Sequence record: NC_061451.1
Length of the DNA stretch: 64,000 bases
Direction: 5' to 3' (one strand)
Under the pieces are notes generated by a model that was not told the DNA's origin, ran no database searches, and saw nothing but the letters and a program-made list of their open reading frames with translations. Shown in pieces: positions 37,186-46,293 of this stretch; position 1 is the first letter of the stretch; each line of letters opens with the position of its first letter. The position numbers and the translations under genes are program-made.

Positions 37186-37407
37186 ATGACACACGAAACT
37201 CAAGGTATTATCTTACTGACCTGGCTGCTGGTCGGCATCTTTGTTTCACTTGCGAAGACCTTCCGTCTGCTTGGTGAATCAGACCGCAGCTACAAGAATG
37301 CACCCTTCTGGCTGTTCATCTTCAACATGTTCTTCTGTCTTATTGTATGGCCGTTCCCTGTTGTGTTTTGTTCAGCACACCAGCGACTCCTCAATCGCTT
37401 CTGGTAA
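37186..37407 (+). CDS. small membrane protein
   Basis: Two TM segments. Confidence 0.6.
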   Translation: MTHETQGIILLTWLLVGIFVSLAKTFRLLGESDRSYKNAPFWLFIFNMFFCLIVWPFPVVFCSAHQRLLNRFW

Positions 37408-37416
37408 GGGACTACT

Positions 37417-37956
37417 GTGGAAAAGAACTCAGACAAGAAAATCATCGTGCTGGACATAGACCGTTTCGCACAACTGTTAGCGCTTGCATCAGTAGGTGAT
37501 CAGGAGCTGTGTGGCCAAACGAATCTGGAAGAGATTATACGCCATGTGCGTAAGTTCAATCCAGTGTTGAAAGCCGCACAGGACGAAGAACAAAAGGAAG
37601 AACGTGAACGCCGTAAAGCTGCGCATCGTGAGCGTGCAAAGGCCAATCGCATTCTGACTAACAGAACGGTGCACAGTTGGCCTTATGAGTCTCGGGGCTG
37701 CGGTACGTTTGAGCAAGTACACAAGGAAGAGCCTCGTGTTTTCTATTACCTGTATGATCATGAAAAGCTGGCGTTCCCTGTTCATGTTCTCGGTCCGTCA
37801 AGCAATGCCATTGGCCTCCTCTGCGTCTCGTTCCTCACTAAAGATCATATTCATCTCGCAGGCCAATACTTTATCCAGATTAATTGCCCTGCTCGAAGCA
37901 TAGCAGAGAGACTTAAAGATATTCCTGAAGGCTACACGCTCATGGAGGTCGAATGA
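37417..37956 (+). CDS. hypothetical protein
   Basis: 179 aa. Confidence 0.65.
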   Translation: MEKNSDKKIIVLDIDRFAQLLALASVGDQELCGQTNLEEIIRHVRKFNPVLKAAQDEEQKEERERRKAAHRERAKANRILTNRTVHSWPYESRGCGTFEQVHKEEPRVFYYLYDHEKLAFPVHVLGPSSNAIGLLCVSFLTKDHIHLAGQYFIQINCPARSIAERLKDIPEGYTLMEVE

Positions 37957-38198
37957 TCGGCAACATGATCGTCCTAATTTTGCTAGGCTCTTTCTTGTTT
38001 GCATTCTGTTCTTATATAGCCTACAAGTTGGAAAGTAGCCACAAAGAGAAAGCAGATCAAGGTATCTATGCATACCGCATAGCCTTCAATATGAAACGCT
38101 ATCTGTTCGCGCGGCTGCTGTGGCGCATCTCTAGCGCAGTCTATTGCGTGCTCTTTGCGTTCGCGCTTTGCTATCTATATTTCACAGGACAACTATGA
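37953..38198 (+). CDS. small membrane protein
   Basis: GGAGG RBS, two TM segments. Confidence 0.6.
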   Translation: MIGNMIVLILLGSFLFAFCSYIAYKLESSHKEKADQGIYAYRIAFNMKRYLFARLLWRISSAVYCVLFAFALCYLYFTGQL

Positions 38199-38593
38199 AA
38201 GCACTATCTATCAGGCAGCCTTGGGCATGGCTCATCGTTCAAGGCCACAAGAAAGTTGAGAACCGTACGTGGGATACAAAGAAGCGCGGACGTTTCCTCA
38301 TTCACGCGAGTTCTAAGCGTCCGTCCGATGATGACATGGCTGCGGCTCAAGCTATCTGTGACAAGCTGAACGTAACGCTGCCACAAAAGTCTGAGTTCGT
38401 GCTCGGTTCCATTGTAGGCTATGCGACACTTATCGGCACAGTGACTGAATCGCGTGACCCGTTCTTCTTTGGTCCTGTGGGTCACTTGCTCAAAGACTGC
38501 CGCGCTGTCGAACCTGTGCAGTTTAAAGGAGCACTCAGTTTCTTTAATACACCGTTCTGTATTGTAGGCGGTAAGCTAGTTCGCTCACGATGA
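38195..38593 (+). CDS. ASCH domain protein
   Basis: MKALSIRQPWAWLIV.G.K.VENRTW.T..RG.FLIHAS. Confidence 0.88.
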   Translation: MKALSIRQPWAWLIVQGHKKVENRTWDTKKRGRFLIHASSKRPSDDDMAAAQAICDKLNVTLPQKSEFVLGSIVGYATLIGTVTESRDPFFFGPVGHLLKDCRAVEPVQFKGALSFFNTPFCIVGGKLVRSR

Positions 38594-38817
38594 GTAGACC
38601 TATCTTGCTACATGGTTCTGGTCACTGTGCGTTTGCTCGGCAGTCAGGCATTGACGGTAAACTCGTATACTTTGTCCGTGACATAAACATCAAAGGGCAC
38701 TCAGCTTTGATGGTAGGGTCCACAACGGTAGATAACGTTATCTTCCTCTACCAGTACGTTCCTAACGCAGATGACGCAGAAGTAATCATAGCTTATAAAA
38801 ACAAGGGTGGCCATTAG
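38590..38817 (+). CDS. hypothetical protein
   Basis: ATGA coupling. Confidence 0.55.
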   Translation: MSRPILLHGSGHCAFARQSGIDGKLVYFVRDINIKGHSALMVGSTTVDNVIFLYQYVPNADDAEVIIAYKNKGGH

Positions 38818-38828
38818 GCTGCCCTTTT
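38803..38828 (+). terminator. intrinsic terminator
   Basis: AAGGGTGGCC-ATTA-GGCTGCCCTTTT. Confidence 0.75.
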
Positions 38829-38900
38829 CTGTTTAATTTGCCAGTGACGAGGGTCCTACACAAGTAGGAAATTTAACTAGCAACAGCTTAAGGAACTATC

Positions 38901-39905
38901 ATGCAACTAGCATTCCCCAGAAAGAGCGACGACCATGTAAGTCTAATGCGCCGTTCGTTGAGTCGTCTATATTTTTTCGATGATGCCGCACCTAAAGAAA
39001 GCATGAAAGCAGGCCACCTTAATTGGTTACAGAACCTGCCTATGTGCAAAGCTATGGGTGTCGGCAGAACTGATAATGTTGTGAGCACAGGTCAGCTACA
39101 GGGTCAAGGTGATAATAACCGCTGGTATGTTGCTACTGGTGGCTATGTAGGTACGGCAGATGCCTACAACTTTATCAATATGACGTATGCTTCCTTTGGT
39201 CAAACAGATGTTGTGTCTGATACGACAACGCCTGTAAGTAATCCTACCACACAAGCAGAAGTCATAGGTTCTACGCTGCTTCCTTCAAACAGACTGATGA
39301 CAGCCTGCCAATATTCAGGCACGATCTATGTAGGCAACAATAGTGGCGGCACTGTCGGTCTAACTGTGTCTGAGATAACGCGCTGGCCTAGTGGCGGCGT
39401 ACACTATAATGACACGTACACGCAAAAGCTGCGTTCGTACCGATTCTGGGTGACAAACAACACATTGACCTCAGTGGCTGGTGTTGATGGTACAGCCAGT
39501 TCAGTAGCTGCTAACGGTACGTATCAGGTATCTTCGTCCACCAGCGCTCCGTTCTTTGCGTTTGTGTCAGCGTACTACACTCTAGTGAGATTGTCGTATA
39601 ACGCGAGTGGCGAAGCAAGCGGAGGAGGAGGCACGTTTGATTACAATGGTGTGTACTCGTCGTTCTCTCGCAACAGAACTGCGCAGCCTATATATCTGCC
39701 ACGAACTGCTGCTAAAGCTGCGGTGAATATTACGTGGGCTGGAATATTTGTAAAGTACCAACAAGCTGAATCTTATTTGCTTCTGGACTCTGCTGATATA
39801 CTCAACGTAAGTACCACAGAGCCAGGGCAATACGCCCAGATACAGATCGCAGACATTGAACCGCTCTTAGCTCAATGGTCACCTGCTCGCCAAATCATGT
39901 TATAA
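38901..39905 (+). CDS. putative virion protein, displaced paralog of the 57.7-62 kb family
   Basis: RRSLSRLYFFDD vs RAMSSLYLFDS; C-terminal ITWAGI...QIQIADI vs LTWAML...QISVATI. Confidence 0.6.
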   Translation: MQLAFPRKSDDHVSLMRRSLSRLYFFDDAAPKESMKAGHLNWLQNLPMCKAMGVGRTDNVVSTGQLQGQGDNNRWYVATGGYVGTADAYNFINMTYASFGQTDVVSDTTTPVSNPTTQAEVIGSTLLPSNRLMTACQYSGTIYVGNNSGGTVGLTVSEITRWPSGGVHYNDTYTQKLRSYRFWVTNNTLTSVAGVDGTASSVAANGTYQVSSSTSAPFFAFVSAYYTLVRLSYNASGEASGGGGTFDYNGVYSSFSRNRTAQPIYLPRTAAKAAVNITWAGIFVKYQQAESYLLLDSADILNVSTTEPGQYAQIQIADIEPLLAQWSPARQIML

Positions 39906-39914
39906 GGAGTCGTC

Positions 39915-40334
39915 ATGTTACCTTTTGCCCCTCGGACGTTAGTGGTTAGTATGCGCAATGGCAACAAAGAGTTTGATGTACGCATCGACCGCGAATCTAT
40001 GTGGGGCAATAAGTTCTACATGAAGAACGAAAGCAAGGAAGAACGTGCGCGAGTTATCTATGAGTATGGCGTGTGGTTGTGGACTAAAATCTACAACGGA
40101 GACATTACACTAAGTCAGCTAGACGCACTATATGGGAAGCGTCTAGGCTGCTGGTGCTCACCTAAGCCTTGTCATGGCGATGAGTTGAGAAAAGCCGTAG
40201 AATGGGCACACGCTACAATCTGTAAATGGGAACGTATATCACGCACATATGCAAGGAGAAAGAAACATGGGCACAGGCAGACCAAGAAAAGAAAAAGCGA
40301 TGACAGCAGCCGAGCGTTCAAAAAAGCTGCGTAA
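39915..40334 (+). CDS. DUF4326 domain protein
   Basis: DVRIDRESMWGNKF...L.GKRLGCWCSPKPCHGDEL. Confidence 0.85.
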   Translation: MLPFAPRTLVVSMRNGNKEFDVRIDRESMWGNKFYMKNESKEERARVIYEYGVWLWTKIYNGDITLSQLDALYGKRLGCWCSPKPCHGDELRKAVEWAHATICKWERISRTYARRKKHGHRQTKKRKSDDSSRAFKKAA

Positions 40335-40548
40335 TCGTATGGCCCCTTTGGGCAAGCGAGTTGATATTTATATGGACGAGGAGACTCTTAAGGCGATTGA
40401 CCGTGAAGTAGCTCAACGTCCTGCGCTGGTGGGCATTACGCCTGCTGTTGCACGTAGCCAGTTGCTGCGTGAGATTCTTACAGGTCGTGAGTTCCTTGCT
40501 GACCTGACTGCATTCGAATACCACAGAGGTCAGACACGCGATGCGTAA
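40267..40548 (+). CDS. putative DNA-binding protein
   Basis: GRPRKEKAMTAAERSKK.R; RHH-like RVDIYMDEETL..ID. Confidence 0.6.
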   Translation: MGTGRPRKEKAMTAAERSKKLRNRMAPLGKRVDIYMDEETLKAIDREVAQRPALVGITPAVARSQLLREILTGREFLADLTAFEYHRGQTRDA

Positions 40549-41092
40549 CAAAGAAAAAGTAAGACGCCGTTTCCTTTCCGCTGGCCGTTCGTTGGACGCT
40601 ATCAGTTCTCAGGTGTTCACAAGCCCGTACTCGGGATTAGCATACGGCAGCTTTAGCCTAGCTGTGGGTTCGAGTTTTGTGCATATCCACGCGCTGGATG
40701 AGAGCACTGCCCCAGAGTCTGATGTTCTGTACCTGATGAAAGTCGATGCTGTTATTCGTCACCTCAAGGACTACATCGCGTTGTTGACTGATTGGGCTGA
40801 CGGCCATGCGCGTATGTGGCTGAACCCTGAAGGCTCTGCTGCTACAGGCTGCGTCGCGTACCACCACGATGTATCGCACCCAGAAAAGCTCGCCTTCTTT
40901 GAGCTATCGTCCTGTAGTCAGACGTTCCGTTTGCAGATGATGACCTTCACGCATAAGGAATACAAGAAGCACATTAACCTGCTGTCCAAAATTAAGGACC
41001 ATCTTATTCGCCATCGCTTTGATATGGATGACTGGATGAAGGCTATTACTGCTGAGTCTGCACGACTCATGGATTCTGTAAATGAACAATAA
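40541..41092 (+). CDS. hypothetical protein
   Basis: 183 aa. Confidence 0.65.
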   Translation: MRNKEKVRRRFLSAGRSLDAISSQVFTSPYSGLAYGSFSLAVGSSFVHIHALDESTAPESDVLYLMKVDAVIRHLKDYIALLTDWADGHARMWLNPEGSAATGCVAYHHDVSHPEKLAFFELSSCSQTFRLQMMTFTHKEYKKHINLLSKIKDHLIRHRFDMDDWMKAITAESARLMDSVNEQ

Positions 41093-41201
41093 CAACGATT
41101 GCTGCTGGTGTGCTTTCGGTATGGGTATAGTTCTCGGACTATTTATCGGCCTGTCGATTGCTGCCTTCGCTGTTAAATACGGCGTCTTCATAAAACTATA
41201 G
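41082..41201 (+). CDS. 39-aa membrane peptide; not in ORF track
   Basis: MNNNNDCCWCAFGMGIVLGLFIGLSIAAFAVKYGVFIKL. Confidence 0.45.
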   Translation: MNNNNDCCWCAFGMGIVLGLFIGLSIAAFAVKYGVFIKL

Positions 41202-41215
41202 GACAAAAGTACCTC

Positions 41216-41884
41216 ATGCTTACTAACATTGCTCGACTTGCTGCGACTAACGCACACGCAAAACAAACTCGTCGCTTCACCGGCGAACCGTACATCAACC
41301 ATCCGCAAGCTGTCGTTCAATTCCTTGAGCGCTTCAACGTGGGTGAACAGATTCTCGCTGCTGCCTGGTGCCACGATGTGTTGGAAGATTGTGGCATCTG
41401 CTACGAAGCTCTGGAACTTTGCATCGGTACGATTGCGACCGACATCGTGTTCGAAGTAACGAACAAAGAGTTCCCAGAAGGCACGCCACGCATTGAGAAA
41501 TATTGGCATAACATCGAACGTCTGGTAAGGGCTTCGCATCAGGCTCAGACGCTCAAGTGCGGTGACATTTACGATAACTGCAAAGATGTATATGAGCGTG
41601 ACCAACACTACGGTGCTAAGTACATCGCAGAGAAGTATTTCCTGATTCGCATATTTGCGCGTGCTCAATCTGATGTACGTCAGACCGTTATGCAGATGCT
41701 GCATGATCGCTATCTGTCCATGACGCCAGATGATCGCATGTACTGCTTAGAGTATATGGCGCGTCTCGATAAAGAATGTCCAGCCGACCTGCGTTCTTTG
41801 TTTGACCAGGCCCGCAAAGAAGCTGGTATTGAAAGCCTCTGCTGTGGAGAACATGATGGAGCTACCTGCATTCAAAACGCGTAA
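41216..41884 (+). CDS. HD-domain hydrolase, RelA/SpoT hydrolase (Mesh1)-like
   Basis: AHAKQTR..TGEPYINHP, AWCHDVLED, KCGDIYDN. Confidence 0.85.
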   Translation: MLTNIARLAATNAHAKQTRRFTGEPYINHPQAVVQFLERFNVGEQILAAAWCHDVLEDCGICYEALELCIGTIATDIVFEVTNKEFPEGTPRIEKYWHNIERLVRASHQAQTLKCGDIYDNCKDVYERDQHYGAKYIAEKYFLIRIFARAQSDVRQTVMQMLHDRYLSMTPDDRMYCLEYMARLDKECPADLRSLFDQARKEAGIESLCCGEHDGATCIQNA

Positions 41885-42230
41885 CGCTCTGGTTGAAAGC
41901 CTCACCATTCGTGATAAGCAAGCGTCTGCATTAGTGCGCGTGTACGAAACGAGCTGGTGGGGTTTCTGCAAACGTGACCTGTGCGTTGCTATCAACTGTC
42001 GTAAGATAACGCGCAAGGAACTCAAGTGGTCTAGCTATGTGCGGTGGTCTGAGGGTTATCAGATTCTGCCTGTATGCGAAGACAGCGAAGTCCTTCAGGT
42101 AGCAAACAGTGCGCTGAAAGATATGCGTCATCTTGGTTACACCAAGTATGAACAGCTTCTGGCGTATCGTCTCCAAATTCACATGAGAAAGCACAATGCC
42201 AAAGAAAATTCTCACGCTCATTCACACTGA
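41853..42230 (+). CDS. hypothetical protein
   Basis: GGAGA RBS. Confidence 0.6.
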   Translation: MMELPAFKTRNALVESLTIRDKQASALVRVYETSWWGFCKRDLCVAINCRKITRKELKWSSYVRWSEGYQILPVCEDSEVLQVANSALKDMRHLGYTKYEQLLAYRLQIHMRKHNAKENSHAHSH

Positions 42231-42585
42231 TGTGGAAGACCAGAAGGCGTATCTGGAAGACCGCTTTCATCGCAGCATTATGTTCATGCACACGACGACG
42301 AACCGCGACCCGTACAAACGTGAATCGAATCCGTGTACGTTCTGCATATATAAAGTGGAAGGCGCGAATGTGTATATCAACCTTCACGGCAACAATGAGA
42401 TGCCAGAAGAGTTGGCGAGCACTCTCGGTCTGGTCAAAGTAAAAGAGTGGACTCTTATCCGCCGTCAGTCGAACGTCTTCTTTGTAGGCCGTAGCTCAGA
42501 AGCTATCATCGCAGAGAACGTTGTACCAATGGAAATTCGTGTTGAAGGGGCGCGTGATGCTGAACGATGCTGGTCCGGACATTGA
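42196..42585 (+). CDS. hypothetical protein
   Basis: 129 aa. Confidence 0.6.
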   Translation: MPKKILTLIHTDVEDQKAYLEDRFHRSIMFMHTTTNRDPYKRESNPCTFCIYKVEGANVYINLHGNNEMPEELASTLGLVKVKEWTLIRRQSNVFFVGRSSEAIIAENVVPMEIRVEGARDAERCWSGH

Positions 42586-43171
42586 GTTCGAAGCAATTGA
42601 TATTGAGAAGTATTGGCAGGGTCGTATCTATCTCGAAGCGGGTCGTTTGCAAGACGCAGACACTAATCTGGAGAACGTGGCTTATACCACTGATACGATT
42701 AAGCCCTACATCGAAGCCGCGACTAAGATCGTTGCATCGAAGCGTGAGCTGCACGAGGAAGGCACTGACTTGCCTAAGGTGGAGTTGGGTGAAGGGCACA
42801 CGATGAGTCCGTACTTTGTCATTGTGTTCTGTCTGATGTTCGAAGCGGAAGGCGTTATCAATGCGCAGACACGCAATGCCCTTAAGGGTTTGTCTCAGGC
42901 CGAGCGTGATAAAAAGATACGCATTGAGATTGCTGGGCATAGCAGCAAAATCGGTGTGAGTCTTCTCAAAGAGCTGGAAGCATCTTTGGCTGATCGTATT
43001 CATGGCCGTCGTCCTGACTTCGCGTTTGCAGAGCTGTCCGAGCCTCGTGAGAAGAAGCCTACGTTTCGTGCTAATGCCCATCTCAAGCAAGGTCGTGTTG
43101 GCAGACACAGCGGCAATCAGCGATTCAATGCTAAGCCGCAGCGTCAGAACTTTAAAGGTAGAGGTCGCTGA
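42557..43171 (+). CDS. hypothetical protein
   Basis: Basic C-terminal tail; start uncertain. Confidence 0.6.
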   Translation: MLNDAGPDIEFEAIDIEKYWQGRIYLEAGRLQDADTNLENVAYTTDTIKPYIEAATKIVASKRELHEEGTDLPKVELGEGHTMSPYFVIVFCLMFEAEGVINAQTRNALKGLSQAERDKKIRIEIAGHSSKIGVSLLKELEASLADRIHGRRPDFAFAELSEPREKKPTFRANAHLKQGRVGRHSGNQRFNAKPQRQNFKGRGR

Positions 43172-43521
43172 TGCCTACTCCTGATAATCTGATGCTCCGA
43201 GTCGTTGAATATAAAGACGGCAATCCCGCTCATATTCATTTGTTCAGCATCGTGCGTGAATATGGTGAGAATCCTTCTAAGGCTATGAATGCGATCAGGG
43301 GTTTTGAGAACATCCTAGACCGACAGAGACCCAACACATATCGCGTAATGACTCCGCAAGAGTGGAAAACTCAGGTTCAAATCGAAACACGCTGGGCAGC
43401 ACGCGGTGTAGCGTATGAGTTCACAGCACTCCCTGTAATTGAGCATGAGAACATCTGGACGTTCTTTCCTACAATTGACTTCAATCCTATAGAAGCTATG
43501 TTTTGTGGGGCAGGCAAATGA
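43171..43521 (+). CDS. hypothetical protein, paralog of next gene
   Basis: EYKDGNPAHIHLF...IEHENIWTFF. Confidence 0.65.
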   Translation: MPTPDNLMLRVVEYKDGNPAHIHLFSIVREYGENPSKAMNAIRGFENILDRQRPNTYRVMTPQEWKTQVQIETRWAARGVAYEFTALPVIEHENIWTFFPTIDFNPIEAMFCGAGK

Positions 43522-43886
43522 GCAAAATCTTCTATGCTACGGAGTATATTGATAATAAGCCTGTGGCAGTTCATCGCTTTCCTGCTGTTGAGCAAGGTCG
43601 AGCACTATCTGATTACCGTTCCTTGATCTCATTGGGTGCGTTCGATAAGCGTCAGACCGAGCAGTGTCTCAAAGACTGCATGGTGCGTCGATTCTACGTG
43701 AAGAACAAACGCGACTATGAGGCAGACAAGGAGATCTTGCAGAAGTCCTCTGCGCGTCTCAATCTACCTGAGGTAGGGCTAAGCACTGTCGAACACAAAG
43801 ACGTGTGGGCATTCTATAAAGCTGTCGGTTATGACTACCGTACTAAAACTCTGGGAGTGAAAGCAGATGACAAGCAACCTGTCTGA
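43518..43886 (+). CDS. hypothetical protein, paralog of previous gene
   Basis: EYIDNKPVAVHRF...VEHKDVWAFY. Confidence 0.65.
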   Translation: MSKIFYATEYIDNKPVAVHRFPAVEQGRALSDYRSLISLGAFDKRQTEQCLKDCMVRRFYVKNKRDYEADKEILQKSSARLNLPEVGLSTVEHKDVWAFYKAVGYDYRTKTLGVKADDKQPV

Positions 43887-44604
43887 CATTAAATTCGGTA
43901 GTCCATTGCCTGATATGGCGCAGAAGTTAGGCGAAGAAATCATCAAAGGCCGTATCGCAATCCCCAACACTCTGTGGGATTTGCATATTCAGTCTAATGT
44001 GCAGCTTCGTCCTATGACTGAGTTGGATATGGCTCTGACAAATACGCTGAACGGCTCATGGACTTACGTGCCCAAATACTTGGGTCCAGCGCGAGCAATG
44101 CGTCAGGCATACAGCTTAGGCCGAACTGTGACAAGCGATGAGCCTCGTGCAGGCTATGAATTGCTGTTGAACCAAATGACCCGTCAGGCGGAGCAGCAAT
44201 TCTTCTACAAGCCGCTGGGTGTGTTGCGCGATCATCTGCTCATTGACGGTAAAATCCGTATGCCTAAACGCTGGCATGTTGAGATTGGTCCGAAGTTTGC
44301 ACTGACTGTTGCCTCTTCCTCGTTTGAGTTGTTCCTCAATCAGGTAGATCACCAGGAAATGCTGCGTACCGTGTATGATATGCTATCGAGTGCGCTGGAT
44401 AATAACGATCCCGCGAATGCATCACACGTGGTGTGCTCTGATAGTTCTCGCGGTCCTACGGATGTGCATGTGCTGAACACGCAAGCAACTCCACCAGCAG
44501 GTTCTGTCAATATGACCAATATTTTCAGATTCCTGCTGCATCCAATCGGTCATGATCTGACGCAAGACAGACTTCAGGACTATTTGGAATCTGTAAATAA
44601 CTGA
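43867..44604 (+). CDS. hypothetical protein
   Basis: 245 aa. Confidence 0.65.
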   Translation: MTSNLSDIKFGSPLPDMAQKLGEEIIKGRIAIPNTLWDLHIQSNVQLRPMTELDMALTNTLNGSWTYVPKYLGPARAMRQAYSLGRTVTSDEPRAGYELLLNQMTRQAEQQFFYKPLGVLRDHLLIDGKIRMPKRWHVEIGPKFALTVASSSFELFLNQVDHQEMLRTVYDMLSSALDNNDPANASHVVCSDSSRGPTDVHVLNTQATPPAGSVNMTNIFRFLLHPIGHDLTQDRLQDYLESVNN

Positions 44605-44649
44605 TGTAAGCAAGCGCCACTCTTTTAATCTAATGTTAAGGAATAAGTA

Positions 44650-45315
44650 ATGTCTGAGAAAACTAGCGGTATCGCTAAAGCACCTAAATCTCGCAACGGT
44701 GCAATGATCTCCCAAACGTATGCAGGCGCAGAAGTTGGTTCTGCCCGTGCTCCAGGTATCAGCACTGCTGGCTCTATCGTCAATCGCATCAACAATCTGT
44801 CCAATGAAGCGTATTCTTTACGCGACACTCTGCGTCAGATTGGTGTTATCGTAGAAGTGCCCGCTAAAGGTTCTGCGGGTGAAGCTAAAGCTGCCGCGCC
44901 TTCTATGCTGCTGGACGTTATCAAAACCGAACTGGGCGACGTTGTGCGTTTCACACAGAATGTGGTGAACGAAGCCGTCCATGGTGCTGATTGCGGTCAC
45001 GAAGACAAAGACTGCGGTGAGGAAGAAGATAAAGAGAACGAAGGCTCTATCCTCTCTACCGAATATGGCCGCACTATCTTCTACGCCGTTGGTCGCACTA
45101 CTGATCGTCTGAGCGATATTCGTCGTCAGGTGGAAACAATCGACCGCACGTTCTTTGGCGATAAGCCGAATGACAACGTTAGCCGTGTGCAGAACAGCTC
45201 CGAATCTGTTGTTGCTTCGGTTAGCGTCCTGATCGACAACCTCGATGACACCATCGTCGCTATCCAGCGTCTGAACGGTGATCTGCGTGCTAACATTCTG
45301 GGTGAGAACGTTTAA
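44650..45315 (+). CDS. helical hypothetical protein
   Basis: AAGGA RBS, highly biased codon usage. Confidence 0.7.
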   Translation: MSEKTSGIAKAPKSRNGAMISQTYAGAEVGSARAPGISTAGSIVNRINNLSNEAYSLRDTLRQIGVIVEVPAKGSAGEAKAAAPSMLLDVIKTELGDVVRFTQNVVNEAVHGADCGHEDKDCGEEEDKENEGSILSTEYGRTIFYAVGRTTDRLSDIRRQVETIDRTFFGDKPNDNVSRVQNSSESVVASVSVLIDNLDDTIVAIQRLNGDLRANILGENV

Positions 45316-45317
45316 TT

Positions 45318-46235
45318 ATGATTGATTGGTCACAAGTAAACGTGAAGTGGGAAGAGGGCACTAACGGTGTTCACGTTCCCTATGTACTTGAGCGCGGCCC
45401 GAAAGGTCGTTTCGTAAAACGCTACCTGACTGACGCTGAGCAGAACGAATACAAACGTTCGCATCATAGTGCAAGCGTATCAGCCTCATCTGATCCAGTT
45501 AATCTGAGCGCAGGTGAGGCTGGTCCTGTGGGTCCTGGTCCTTGTCCGCAGGGTCCTGCTAATGCATACGACCCAGCCCCTGAGCCTCTGTACGAAAGCG
45601 ATGTTGATCTGGGTGCTGCTACACGTCTGGCACGGCGTAGCACAACGCTGTTGCTGTCTGTGCAACGTCTATCTGCTGCGCTGTATGACTTCGGTCTGAT
45701 CTACGATAACTCGTTTGCAGAGATTATCAACCGCGCTAAATCGCTTAACCAAAATCAGGAAGCGGACTCAAGTTCGCCTACTCAGGCTGATTACAACGAC
45801 ACTGATTCTAACTTCCTGCGTCTGGCTGGCTTGTTAAATCACTCGTGGTATATGGATCGCGGCGCTTCTCCTGCGCGTGTTATCGGTAACTATGCTGCAC
45901 CAACTCTGGTGACGTTGCAGTATCTGCTGGGTCTGGCGCTGCCTGATTCTGATTGCTGCATCCGTGCTTCTCACGACGAGCTGATGTTCCGCACCGATGC
46001 ACAGCAAGTGCCTGCGCTGGCTAACGATCTGCTGAACGAATACAACCACATTCAGTCATGCATCACTGCGCTGTGTCAGAACCTGGCGGGCCATGATATT
46101 CCACAGTCTGGCGGCGACATGCAGTACCCACAGAATGCGTCTATCATCGAATACGTCAGCGGCGTTGATGATCTGATTAGCTATCTGGTTGAACGTGTTG
46201 ATGCCCTGTCTGAGATTATCGAAGGCACGATGTAA
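45318..46235 (+). CDS. helical hypothetical protein
   Basis: 305 aa, highly biased codon usage. Confidence 0.7.
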   Translation: MIDWSQVNVKWEEGTNGVHVPYVLERGPKGRFVKRYLTDAEQNEYKRSHHSASVSASSDPVNLSAGEAGPVGPGPCPQGPANAYDPAPEPLYESDVDLGAATRLARRSTTLLLSVQRLSAALYDFGLIYDNSFAEIINRAKSLNQNQEADSSSPTQADYNDTDSNFLRLAGLLNHSWYMDRGASPARVIGNYAAPTLVTLQYLLGLALPDSDCCIRASHDELMFRTDAQQVPALANDLLNEYNHIQSCITALCQNLAGHDIPQSGGDMQYPQNASIIEYVSGVDDLISYLVERVDALSEIIEGTM

Positions 46236-46252
46236 CAACAGTTTGGACAAAT

Positions 46253-46290
46253 AAAAAGGGCGACTCTCAATCACGAGGGCCGCCCTTTTT
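46253..46290. terminator. bidirectional terminator at strand switch
   Basis: AAAAAGGGCG...CGCCCTTTTT between convergent genes. Confidence 0.8.
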
Positions 46291-46293
46291 CGA

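Noticed and set aside
507-46049. Numerous - strand ORFs in 0.5-46 kb and + strand ORFs in 46.5-63.8 kb from the track
   Set aside because: They are shadows of longer, RBS-bearing, coupled genes on the opposite strand and show no recognisable motifs.
44650-46235. Shared helical repeat between the two last + strand genes
   Set aside because: Only a generic amphipathic pattern; cannot be supported without profile alignment.
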